The translations under genes were made by a program, and so were the position numbers. A stretch of DNA of 64,000 bases from assembly GCF_009914755.1 (NCBI RefSeq), contig NC_060946.1. One strand, written 5' to 3'. Of the stretch, positions 38,001 to 52,094 are shown one piece after another. The DNA comes from the human T2T-CHM13v2.0 reference genome, Homo sapiens. The notes under the pieces were generated by a model. The model did no database searches. It saw only the letters and a program-made list of their open reading frames with translations, and was not told where the DNA came from. Each line of letters opens with the position of its first letter. Within the stretch, counting starts at the first letter, position 1.

Positions 38001-41000
38001 ATTCCATGCAATTCCATTCGATGATGATTCCATTAGGTTTCATTTGATGATGATTCCTTTCAGTTCCATTGGATGATGATTCCATTAGTTTCCATTTGAT
38101 GATTCCTTTCGATTCAATTCGTTGATGATTCCATTCAATTCCATTCGATGATTATTTCATTTGATTCCATTCAATGAGGATTCCATTCGATGATGATTCC
38201 ATTTGATTCCTTTGAATGATAATTCCATTTGATTTCATTTGATGATTCTATTTGATTCCATTTGTTGATGATTCCATTTGATTCCCTTCGATGATGATTC
38301 CTTTCCTTTCCATTTGATGATTTTTCCATTCGATTCCATTGATGATGATTGCATGAGAGTCCATTCAATGATTCCATTCGTGTCCATTTGATGATTCAAA
38401 TCGAGTCCATTAGAAAATGATTCCATTCGATTCTACTCAATGATGATTCCAATTGATTCCATTTGATGATTATTCCATGCGATTCCATTCGATGATGATT
38501 CCATTAGGTTTCATTTGATGATGATTCCATTCGGTTCCATTGGATGATGATTCCATTCCATTCCCTTCAATGATTCCATTCGATTCCTTTCGTTGATGAT
38601 TCCATTCGATTCCATTTGATGATGATTTCAATTGATTCCATTTGATGATGATTCCATTCGATGAGGATTCCATTCAATTCCATTTGATGATAATTCCATT
38701 TGATTTCATTCAATGATTCTATTCCATTCCATTTGATGATTATTCCAGTCAATTCCATTGATAATGATTGCATAAGATTCCATTCAATGATTCCATTCGT
38801 GTCCATTTAAAGCTTCCATTCGAGTCCATTTGAGGATGATTCCATTCGATTCTATTCGATGATGATCCCATTCGAGTCCATTCGATGATTCCATTCGTTT
38901 CCATTCGATGAGGATTTCATTCCAGTCCATTAGATGATTCCATTTGATTCATTTCAATTATGATTCCATTCGATTCCATATGTTGATTTGATCAGATTCC
39001 ATTCAATGATGATTCCATTTGTGTCCATTCAATGATTCTATTCAAATCCATTTGATGATTGCTTTTGATTCCATTCGATGGTGATTCCATTTGATTCCAT
39101 TTGATGATGACTCCATTCAAAACCATTCTATGATTCCATTCGATAACATTTGATGATGATTCCATTCGATTCCATTTGATGATTCAATTCGATTCCGTTT
39201 GATGATGATTCCATTCAATTTCATTCGATGATTCCATTTGATTTCATTCGATGATGTTTCTATTCGATTATTCCATTCGATTCCATTCGATGTTGATTCC
39301 ATTCGAGACCATTCAAAGATTCCATTCGATTCCATTTGATGATTATTCCATTCGTGTACATTCAATGATAATTCCATTCGATGATGATTCCTTTAGATTC
39401 CATTCGATGATGACTCCATTAGGTTCCATTTGATGATGATTCCATTCGGTTCCATTTGATGATGATTCCATTCCATTCCATTCAATAATTCCATTCGATT
39501 CCATTCGTTGATGATTCCATTTGATACCATTCAATGATGATTCCATTCGATTCCATTGGATGATGATTCCATTCTATGATGATTCCATTTGATTCCATTC
39601 AAAGATTATTCCATTGGATTTCATTCGATGATCCTACTCGATTCCATTTGATGATTCTATTTGATTCCATTTGATGATGATTCCATTTGATTCCATTCGA
39701 TGATGATTCCATTCGAGCCCATTCAATGATTCCATTCAATTCCATTCACTGATGATTGCATTCGAGTCTATTCGATGATTCCATTCGATTCCATTCGATG
39801 ATGATTCCATTTGATGTCATTCAATTATTCCATTTGTTTTCATTCGATTATGATTCCATTTGATTCCATCAGATGATTCCATTTGATTCCATTCGATCAT
39901 GATTCCATTCGAGTCTGTTCAATGATTCCATTCGATTCCATTCGATGATGATTCCATTTGATGTCATTCAATGATTCCATTTGTTTTCATTCGATTATGA
40001 TTCCATTCGATTCCATTAGATGATTCCATTTGATTCCATTCGATCATGATTCCATTCGAGTCCGTTCAATGATTCCATTCGATTCCATTTGATCATGATT
40101 CCATTCGGGGCCATTCGAAGATTCCATTCAATTCCATTCGATGATTCCATTCGAGTCCATTCGATGATTTCATTCGAGTCCATTTGAGGATGATTCCGTT
40201 TGATTCCATTCCATGATTATTCCATTCGAGTCCATTCGATGAAGATTCCATTCGATTTTATTCAATGATTCCATTCGATTCCATTCGATGATGCTTCTAT
40301 TCAAGTCCAATGATTCCATTTGATTCCATTAGAAGATGATTCCATTTCAGTCCTTTAGATGATTCCTTTAGATGATGATTCCATTTGATTCTTTTCAATG
40401 ATTAAATTCGATTTCATTCAATGGTGTTTCTATTCGAGTCCATTCCATGATTCCATTCAATTCCATTCTATGATAATTCCATTGGAGGCCACTGGAAGTG
40501 TCCATTTGATTTCATTCGATGATGATTCCATTCGATTCCATTTGATGATTCAATTCGATACCTCTCAATGATTCCCTTCAATTCCATTTGATGATAATTC
40601 CATTTCGATCCCATTTGATGATTCCATTCGATTCCATTCGTTGACGATTCCATTGGACTGCATTAGATGATGATTCCATTTGATTGCATTTGATGATTAT
40701 TGCATTCCATACCATTCTATGATTCCATTTGATTCCATTCGATGAGGATTCCATTGGAGTCCATTTGATGATTCCATTCGATTCCATTCGATGATTCAGT
40801 TCAATTCCATTCAATGATTCCCTCCTATTCCATTCGAAGATAATTCCATTTGAGTCCATTCAATGAATTCATTAGATTCCATTTGGTTTTGATTCCATTC
40901 GAGTCCATTAGAGGATGATTCCATTCGAGTTCATTCCATGATTCCATTCAATTCCATTTGGTGATGATTCTACTCGATTCCATTTGATGGTGATTCAATT

Positions 41001-44000
41001 CGATTCCATTTGATGGTTATTCCATTCTATTCCATTCAATGATTTCATTCAATTCCATTTGATGATTTCATTCGACTCCATTCGATAATTCCATTCGATT
41101 CCATTTGATGATTCCATTCAATTCCATTCGATGATTTCATTTGATTCCATTTGATAATTCCATTCGATTCCATTTGATGATGATTCCTTTCGAGTCCATT
41201 CGCTTATTCCGTTCTATTCCATTAGATGATGATTACATTCGAGTCCATTCCATGATTCCATTCAATTCCATTAGATGATTATTCCATTCAATTCCACTCA
41301 ATGATGATTCCTTTAGATCCCATTCCCTGAGGATTCCATTCGATTCCATTTGATGATGATTCTATTAGTTTCCATTCGATGAGGATTCCATTCAAAGATG
41401 ATTCTATTCAATTAATTTTGTTTTTTTTTATTACGTTCGAAGTTGATTCCATTCTATTTCACTGGATGATTCCATTCCATTCCATTCGATGATTATTCCA
41501 TTTGATTCTGTTCGATGATGAGTCATTTTGATTCCATTCGATGATGATTCAATTCGATTGCATTTGATGATGTTTCCGTTTGATTCCATTCAATGATGAT
41601 TCCATTTGATTCCATTCCATGATGATTCCATTAGAGTCCATTCAATGATGATTCCATTCTTGTCCATTCAATGATTCCATTCGATTCCATTCAATGATGA
41701 TTCCATTCGAGTCCATATGATGATTGCATTTGATTCCATTCGATGTTGATTCCATTCGAGTCAATTCGATGATTCCATTCAAGTCCATTTAATGATTCCA
41801 TTGGGTTCAATTCGATGATGATTACTTTGGATTCCATTCTACAATTCCATTCGATTCCATTCGTTCATGATTCCAATCAATTCCACTCAATGATGATTCC
41901 ATGCGATTTCATTCAATGATTCTATTCGATTCCTTTCGATGACGAATCAATTCTATTCCATTGGATGATTCTATTCGATTCCATTCGATGACGATTTCAT
42001 TCGATTCCATTGGATGATGATTCCATTCAATTGCATTTAATGATGATTCCATTCGTGTCCATTCGAAGTTTCCATTTGATTACATTTCATCACGATTCCG
42101 TTCCAGTCCATTCGATGATTCCATTCGACTGCATTCGACGATGATTCCATTCGACACTATTCAATGATTCCATTAGATTATATTCGATGATGATTCCATT
42201 TGACTGCATTAGATGATTCCATTAGAGTCCATACCATTATTCCGTTAGATTCCATTCAATGATGATTCAATTCGATGCCATTCGATGATTCTGTTGGATT
42301 CCATTCGATGATGTTTCCATTCGAGTCCATTTGATGATGACTGCATTGGATTCCATTCAATGATTCCATTTGATTCCATTCGATGATGATTCCATTCAAT
42401 TCCATTCGATGATTCCATTCGATTTCATTTGATGATTCCAACTGATTCAATTCGATAATGATTCCTTTCGAGTCCATTCGATGATTACATTCGAGCCCAT
42501 TTGATATTTCCATTTGAGTCCAATCCATGATTCCATTCGAGTCCATTCAATTATTCCATTTGAGTCCATTCGATGATTTCTTTTGATTCCATTTGATGAT
42601 ATTCCATTCGACTCCATTCCGTGATTCCATTCGATTTCATTCAATGATGATTTCTTAGGTGTCTATTAGATGATTCCATTCTATTCCATTTGATGATGAT
42701 TCCATTCGAGTCCATTCAGTGATTCCATTCGATTCCGTTCTATGATTATTCCATTCGAGTCCAATCGATGTCTCCATTCGATTCCATTTGATGATGATTT
42801 CATTCGAGTCCATTCAGTGTTTCCATTCGATTCCATTCAATGATTCCATTCGACTCCATACGATGATTCAATTGGAGTCCATTCGATTATTCCATTAGAT
42901 TCCATTCGATGATGATTCCACTCGATACCATTCAGTGATTACATTCTATTCCTTTCAATGATGATTGCATTCATGTCCATTCGAATATTCCTTTTGATTC
43001 CATTGGATGATGATTTCATTTGAGTCCATTCGATGATGATTTCATTTGTGTCCGTTTGATGATGATTCAATTCGATTACATTCGATGATTCTATTCGATT
43101 CATTTCAATGATGATTCCATCTGATTCCATTCGATGAATCCATTCAATTCCATTCTATGATAATTCCATTCGTTTCCATTCGATGATGATTCCATTCGAT
43201 TCCATTCAATGATTCCTTTTGATTCCATTCAATGATGATTCCAAACAATTACATTTGATGATTCCATTTGAATCCATTTGATGATGAGTCCATTCGTTTC
43301 AATTTGATGATGATTCCATTCGATTCAATTCGATGGTGTTTCCATTCAATTCCATTGGATATTGATTCCATTGGATTCCATTGGATGATTATTCCATTCG
43401 AGTCCATTCGATGATGATTCCATTGGAGTCCATTTGATGATGATTCCAATCGATTTCATTCAATGATTCTATTTGATTCCATTCGATGATGATTCCATCT
43501 GACACCATTTGATGATTCCATTCGATTCCATTTGATGATGATTCCATTCATTTCCATCCAATGATGATTCTATTTGATTCCATTCGATGATTATTCCATT
43601 CATGTCCATTCAATGTTTCCATTCGATACCATTCAATGATGATTCCATTCGAGTCCGTTGAATGATTCCTTTTGACTCCATTCAATGATTCTATTTAATT
43701 CCATCCATTAATTCCGTTCAATTCCATATGATGATTATTCCATTTGAGTCCATTTGATGATTATTCCATTTGATTCTATTCGGTGATTCCTTTCGATTCC
43801 ATTTGATAATGATTCCATTCGAGACCATTCGATGATTCCATTCATTTCATTTGATGATTCCATTCAATTCCATTCGATGATTCCATTAGATGCCATTTGA
43901 TAATGATTCCATTTGATTCCATTCGATGATGATTCCATGCAATTCCATTTGATGACGACTCCTTTCGCTTCCATTCGAAGATGATTCCATTCGGTTCCAT

Positions 44001-44619
44001 TCGATGATTATTCCTTTGGATTCCATTCGATGATGATTCCATTCAATTCCATTCAATGATTCCATTCGATTCCGTACGATGATGATTCCATTCCAGTCCA
44101 TTCGATGATTCCATTCTATTCCTTTCGAAGATTATTCCATTCGAGTCCATTCGGTGATTCCTTTTGATGCCAATTGAAGATTTTTCCATTCGAGTCCATT
44201 TGATGATACCATTCGATACCATTCGTTGATGATTCCATTCAAGTGCATTTGATGATACCATTCGATTCCATTTGATCATGATTCCATTCGATGATTCCAT
44301 TCAATTCCATTCTATGATCATTCCATTTGAGTCCATTTGATGATTCCATTGGACTCCATTTGATGATGATTCCATTCAATGATTCCATTCGATTCTATTC
44401 AATGATGATTCCATTCGATTCCATTCAATAATGTGTGCATTCTATTCCATTTGATGATTCCATTCGATTCTATTCGATGATGATTCCATTCGTGTCCATT
44501 CTTTGATTCATTTCGATTTCATTCAACGATGATTCCTTTTGAGTGCATTAGATTACTCCATTCAATTCCATTTGATGACAATTCCATTCGAGTCCGTTCA
44601 GTGATTCCATTCGATTCCA

Positions 44620-44960
44620 TTTGATGATGATTTCATTCGATTCCATTTGATGATTCCATTCGATTCCATTCGATGATGATTTCATTTGAGTCCAGTCGAT
44701 GATTCCATTTGATTCCATTTGATGATGATTTCATTCGATTCCATTTGATGACTCCACTCGATTCCATTTGATGATGATTTCATTCGAGTCCATTCGATGC
44801 TTCCATTTGATTCCATTTGATGATGATTTCATTCGATTCCATTTGATGACTCCACTCGATTCCATTTGATGATGATTTCATTCGAGTCCATTCGATGCTT
44901 CCATTTGATTCCATTCGATCATGATTTCATTCGAGTCCATTCGATGATTCCATTTGATTC
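44620..44960 (+). repeat. Run of ~7 49-bp units containing a perfect 98-bp duplication
   Basis: The GATTTCATT variant recurs every 49 bp. 44703-44800 is repeated at 44801-44898 (markers GACTCCACTCG and GATGCTTCC). Confidence 0.85.
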
Positions 44961-46519
44961 CATTCGATGATGATTGCATTCGAATCCATTCAATGATTCT
45001 ATTCGAATCCATTTGATGATTGCTTTTGATATTTGATGATTATTCCATTAGAGTCCATTCGATGATTCCATTCGATTCCATTCGATGATGATTCCATTCG
45101 AGTCCATTTGGTGATTCTGGTTGCTTCCATTCTCCGATGATTACATTCGAGTCCATTCGATGATGCCACTCGATTCCATACAATGTAGATTCTTTTGATT
45201 CCATTAGATGATTCCATTCTATTCCATTCAATGATGATTCCATTCGAGTACATTAGATGATTCCATTCAATTCCATTTGATGATGTTTCTATTCGTACCC
45301 ATTAGATGATTTCACATGATTCCATTCAATAATGATTCCATCCGAGTGCATTCGTTCATTCCATTTGATTGCATTCGATGATGATTCCATTTCATTCAAT
45401 TCATTGGTGATTCCATTCAATTACATTCATTAATTCCATTCCATGCCATTCGACAATGATTCCATTCGATTCCATTTGATGATTCCACTCGATTCCAATT
45501 GACAATGATTCCCTTCAATTCCATTCGATGATTCCCTTTGATTCCATTCAATGATTCCATTTGATTCCATTCAATGATGATTCTGTTCGATTCCATTTGA
45601 TGATTCCATTTGATTACATTCGAGGATTCCATTCGATACCATTCAATGATCATTCCATTCGATTCCATTCAATGATTTCATTCGATTCCAATCAATGATG
45701 ATTCCATTCCAGGCCATTCGATGTTTCCATTCGATTCCATTCAATGATGCTTCCATGCGATGCCATTAGATGTTTCCATTCAATTCCATTCGATGATGAT
45801 GCCATTCGAGTCCATTCGATGATTCTATTCGATTCCACTCTATGATAATTCCATTTGATTCAATTCGATGATTCCTTTTGATTCCACTCGATGATGTTTC
45901 CATTCGAGTCCGTTTGATGATTGCATTCAAGTCCATTCGATGATTCCATTCGATTCCATGCAATGATGATTCTAATGAGTCCATTCGATAATTCCATTTG
46001 ATTCCATTCAATGATGACTGCATTCAGTTCCATTCGATGATGATTCCAACGGACTCCATTCGATGACTCCATTCAATTCCATTCATTGATGATTTCATTC
46101 CATTCCATTCAATGATGATTCCATTCGATTCCATTCGCTGATTCCACTTGATTCCATTTGATGATGATTCCATTCGAGTCCATTCGATGATTCCATTCAA
46201 GTCCATTCGATGTTTCCTTTCGATTCCACTCGATGTTGATTCCATTTGAGTCCATTTGATGACTAAATTTGAGTGTATTCCATGATTTCATTCGACTCCA
46301 TTCGATGATGATTCCATTCGAGTCCATTCGATGATTCCATTTGATTTCATTCGATGATATTTAAATTCGATTCCATTCAATGATTCCTTTCGAGTCCATT
46401 CGCTGATTCCAGTTGATTTCATTCAATGATAATTAAATTCGATTCCATTCAATGATTCCATTCAAGTCCATTCGATGATTCCATTGGAGTCCATTAAATG
46501 ATTCCATTCGATTCCATTC

Positions 46520-47440
46520 GATGATGACTCCATTCGAGTCCATTCAATGATGATTCCATTAGATTCCATTCGATGATTCCTTTGTATTATATTCTTTATT
46601 TTACTTTGATTCTTTTTGATGGTGATTCCATTCAATTCCATTCGATGGTTCCTTTGTATTCCATTCTTTGTTTTACTTCGATTCTTTGGATGATGATTCC
46701 ATTCGATTTCATTCGATGATCCCATTCGATTCTCTTCGATGATGATTCCATTTGATTCCATTTGAAAAAAATTCCATTCGATTCCATTGGATGATGATTA
46801 CATTTGATTCTATTCAATGCCGATTCTATTCGGTTCCATTCGATGATGATTCCATTCGATTTCACTCCAAGAGTCCATTCGATTCAATTCCATGATGATT
46901 CCATTCGAGACCATTAGATGATTCCATTCAATTCAATTCAATGATTATTCCATTCAAGTCCATTGAATGATTCCATTCGATGATGACTCCATTCTTGTCC
47001 ATTCAATGATGATTCCATTCGATTTCTTTTGATGATTCCTTTCTATTCCATTCTTTGTTTTACTTCAATTCTTTTTGATAATGATTCCATTCGATTCCAT
47101 TCGATGATTCCTTTATATTCCATTCTTTGTTTTACTTCGATTCTTTTGATGGTGATTCCATTCGATTTCATTCGATGATCCCACTCGATTATCTTCGATG
47201 ATGATTCCATTTGATTCCATTTGAAGAAAATTCCATTCGATTCCATTGGATGATGGTTGCATTCAATTCTATTGGATACCGATTCTATTCGGTTCCGTTC
47301 GATGATGATTCCATTCGATTTCACTTGATGATTCCATTCGATTCCATTCGATGATGATTTCATTCGAGACCATTCGTGATTCCATTCAATTCCATTCAAT
47401 GATGATTCCATTCGAGTCCATTCGATGATTCCATTCAAAG
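46520..47440 (+). repeat. ~460-bp diverged tandem duplication within HSat2
   Basis: T-rich ATTCTTT(G/A)TTTTACTT cassettes at ~46590/46663 recur at ~47050/47122, and the downstream AAAATTCC and CCGATTCTATTCGGTTCC markers recur at the same offset. Confidence 0.82.
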
Positions 47441-50400
47441 CCATTCAATGATTCCATCTGATTTCATTCGATGATGATTCCATTCGAGTCCATTCGATGA
47501 TTTCATTCCATCCCATTCCTTGATGATTCCATTCAAGCCCAGTCAATGATTGCATTCGAATCCATTTGATGATTCCATTCGATTCCATTCAGTGATGATT
47601 TCATTCGATTGTTTTCAATGATTCCATTCGATTCCATTCGATGAGGATTCCAAACAATTCCATTCATTGATTCTATTCGAATCCACTCGATGATGAGTCC
47701 ATTCATTTCAATTACATGATGATTCCATTCGATTCAATTCGATGGTTTTTCCATTCAATTGCATTCGATATCAATTCCATTTGATTCCATTGGATGATGA
47801 TTCCATTCGAGTCCATTCGATGATAATTCCATTCGATTGCATTCGATGATTCCATTCTATTCCATTCGATGATGATTCTATTCGCATCCATACGATGATT
47901 CCATTCAAGGCCATTTAATGATTCCATTGGGTTCATTTTGATGATGATTACATTGGATTCCATTCTATGATTCCATTCTATTCCATTCGATGATGATTCC
48001 ATTTGATTCCATTCAATGATGGTTCCATTCGATTTCATTCGATGATTCTATTTGATTCCATTTGATGATTATTCAATTATATTACATTGGATGGTTCCAT
48101 TCGATTCCATTCGATGATGACTTCACTTGATTCCATTTGATGATGTTTTCACTCGATTCCATTTGATGATGATTCCATTCGATTCCATTCGATGATGGTT
48201 CCATTGGATTGCATTTGATAATTCTATTAGATTCCATTCGGTGATGATTAATGCTATTCCATTGGATGATTCCATTCGATTCCATTCGATGATGATTCCA
48301 TTCGATTGCATTTGATGATTACTTCCATCGAGTCCATTCAATGATACCATTCCATTCCATTCCATTTGATGATGATTCTATTCAATTCCATTTGATGATG
48401 ATTCCATTCGATTCTATTCGATGATTATTGCATTTGATTTCATTCGATGATTCTATTTTTTCCATTCGAAGATGATTCTATTCTATTCCATTTGATGATT
48501 CCATTCAATGCCATTCTATGATGATTCTATTCGATTCCATTTGTTGATGATTCCATTCGATTCCATTCGATAATGATTCCATTCGTGTCCATTCGATGAC
48601 GATTCAATTCGATTCCATTCGATGATGATTCCATTCGAGCCCATTCGATAATTCAATGTGATTTCAGTCGATGACGATTACATTAGATTTTATTCGATCA
48701 TTCCATTTGATTCCATTTGATGATATTCCATTCGAGTCCATTCAATGATTCCATTCAATTCTACTTGATGATGATTCCATTTGAGTAATTCCATTTGATT
48801 TCATTCAATAATGATTCCATTAGATTCCATTTGATGATACCATGCGATACCATTCCTTGATGATTCCATTCGTGTGCATTCAATTATACCATTTGATTCC
48901 ATTTGATGATGGTTCCATTCGATTCCATTCGATGATTCCATTTGATTCCATTCGATGATGATTCCATTTGTGTCCATTTGATGATTCCATTCGAATCCTT
49001 TTGATGATTGTTTTCAATTACATTTGATGATGATTCCATTCGAATCCATTCGATGATTCCATTCAATTCCATTCGATGATGATTCCATTCGATTCCATTC
49101 GATGATGATTCCATTCGAGCCCATTCGATGACTCCACTCGATTCCATACGATGATTCCATTCGATGATGACTACATTCTATTCAATTCGATGATGATTCC
49201 ATTCAGATCCATTTGATGATTCCATTGGATTCCATTCGATGGTGATTCCATTCTATTCCATTCAATGATGTTTCCATTCAGGTCCATTAGATTATTCCAT
49301 TTGATTCCATTCGATGATGATTCCATTCTATTCCATTCGATGATGATTCCATTCGTGTCCATTAGAAGATTCCATTCTACTCCATTCAATGATGATTCCA
49401 TTGATGTCCATTTGATATTTCTATTTGAGTCCATTCAATGATTGCCTTCAATTCCATTCGATAATGATTCCATTCGATTCCATTCAATGATTCCATTCGA
49501 TACTCTTCTATGATTCCAGTCAATTCAATTTGATGTTGATTCCATTTGATTTCATTCGCTGATTCTATTCGATTCCATTTGATCATGATTCCATTCGATT
49601 CCTTTTGAAGATTCCATTTAATTACATTTGATGATGATTCCATTTGATTCCTTTCTATGATTCCATTCAATTCTATTCGATGATGATTCCATTCGAGTCC
49701 ATTCAATGATTCCTTCTGATTCTATTTGATGATGGTTCCATTTGAGTCCATTCAATGGTGATTAATTTCGATTCCATTTGATGATTCCATTCGATTCCAT
49801 TCAATGATGATTGCATTCTATTCCATTCGATGATTCCATTCGATTCCCATTCCAAGATGATTCCATTCGATTCCATTCGATAATTCCATTCGATACCATC
49901 TGATGATTCCAATGGAATTCATTTGATGATGATTCCATTCGAGTCCATTCAATGATGCCATTCAATTCCATTCGATGATTCCAATCGATTCCATTCAATG
50001 ATGATTCCATTCAAGTCCATCCGATGACTCTATTCGATTCCATTTTATAATGATTCCATTCGAGTCTATATGAGGATTCAATTCTAGTCCTTTTGATGAT
50101 TCCATTCGATTCCATTCGATGATGATTCAGTTCGAGTCCATTCGACGCTTCCCTATGAGTCCATTTGATGATTCCATTCGAGTCCAAATGATGATTCCAT
50201 TCAATTCTATTCTATAATGATTCCATATGATTCCATTCGATGATGATTCCATGTGATTCCATTCAATGATGATTCCTTTGAATTCCATTAGATCATGATT
50301 CATTTCAAGTGAATTCAATGATTCCACATGATTCCATTCGTTGATGATTCCAATGGAGTCCATTTGATGATTCCATTCAATTCCATTCAATGATGATTCC

Positions 50401-52094
50401 ATTCGATTCCATTCATTGGCTATTGCATTCAATTCCATTAAATGATTCCATTCCATTCCATTCGACAATGATTCCATTTGATTCCATTCGATGATTCCAT
50501 TCAATTCTATTCAATGATGATTCCATTCGATTCCATTTGATGATATTTGCATTCAATTCCATTCAATGATTCAATTTGATTCCATTCGATGATGATTCTG
50601 ATCAATTCCATTAGATGGTTCCATTTGATTCCACTCGATAATGATTCCATTCGAGTCCATTCAATGATTCCATTCGAGCCCATTCAATAATTCCTTTGGA
50701 GTCCAATCGATGATTCCATTTGTTTCCATTCAAGGATTCCATTAGATTCCATTTGATCATTCCGTTAGAGTCTGTTCAATGATGATTCCATTCGAGTCCA
50801 TTCGATGATTCCATTCGAGTCCATTCGATAATTCCATTTGAATCCAATTGATGATTGCTTTCAATTCTATTCGATGATGATTCCATTAGAGTTCATTCGA
50901 TGATTCCATTCTATTTCATTCAATGATGATTCCATTCGTGTTCATTCGGTGATTCCACTCAATTTCATTCGATGATGATTCCTTCAGAGTCCATTCAATG
51001 ATTCCATTCGATTTTATTCAATGATGATTACATTCGAGTGCATTCAATGATTCCCTTTGATTTCATTCGATGATGATTCCTTTCGAGTCCATTCAGTGAT
51101 TCCATTTGATTCCATTCGATGATGATTCCATTTGAATCCATTCGACAATTACATTCAATTACATTGGATGACAATTCCATTCGAGTCCATTCGATGATTC
51201 CATTTGATTCCATTCGATGATGATTCCATTAGAGCCATTTGATGATTCTATTCAAATCCATTTGATGATTGCTTTCAGTTATATTCGATGACGATTCTAT
51301 TCGAGTGCATTCAATGATTCCATTCGATTCCATTTGATGATGATTCCATTCGGGTCCATTAGATGATTCCATTCGATTCCACCCCATGAGGTTTCCATTC
51401 GAGTTCATTCCATGATTCCATTCTATTCCATTCTGCGATGATTACTTTCAAGTCCATTCAATGATTCCACTTGATTCCATACGATGATGACTACATTCAA
51501 ATCAATTCGATGATTCCATACTATTCCATTGGATGATGATTCCATTCGAGTACATTAGATGATTCCATTCGATTCCATTTGATGATGATTCTATTCGTGT
51601 CCATTAGAAGATTCCATTCGATTCCATTCGATGATGATTGCATTCGGTTCCATTCGATGATTCCATATGATTTCATTCAAAGATGATTCCATTTGATTCC
51701 ATCCGATAATTCCATTCCATTCCATTTGATGATTCCAGTGGATACCATTTGATGATGATTCCATTCGAGTCCATTCGATGATTCCATTTAATTCCGTTCG
51801 ATGATGATTCCATTTGAGTGCATTCGATGATTCCAATCAATTCCATTCGATGATGATTCCATTCGAGTCCATCCGAAGAATCTATTCGATTCCATTCTAT
51901 AATGATTCCGTTTGAGTCCATTTGATGATTCGATTCGATTCCTTTTGATGATTCCATTCGATTCCATTCGATGATGATTCCTTTCGATTCCCTTCGTTGA
52001 TGATTACATTAGATTCCATGTGATGATATTTCCATTCGACTCCATTCAATGATGATTCCATTCGATTTCATTCAATGGTTCCATTCGATTCCAT

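Noticed and set aside
49906-49918. Small palindrome ATTCCA-A-TGGAAT
   Set aside because: The arms are only 6 bp and can be explained by a few point changes in CCATTCGATTC.
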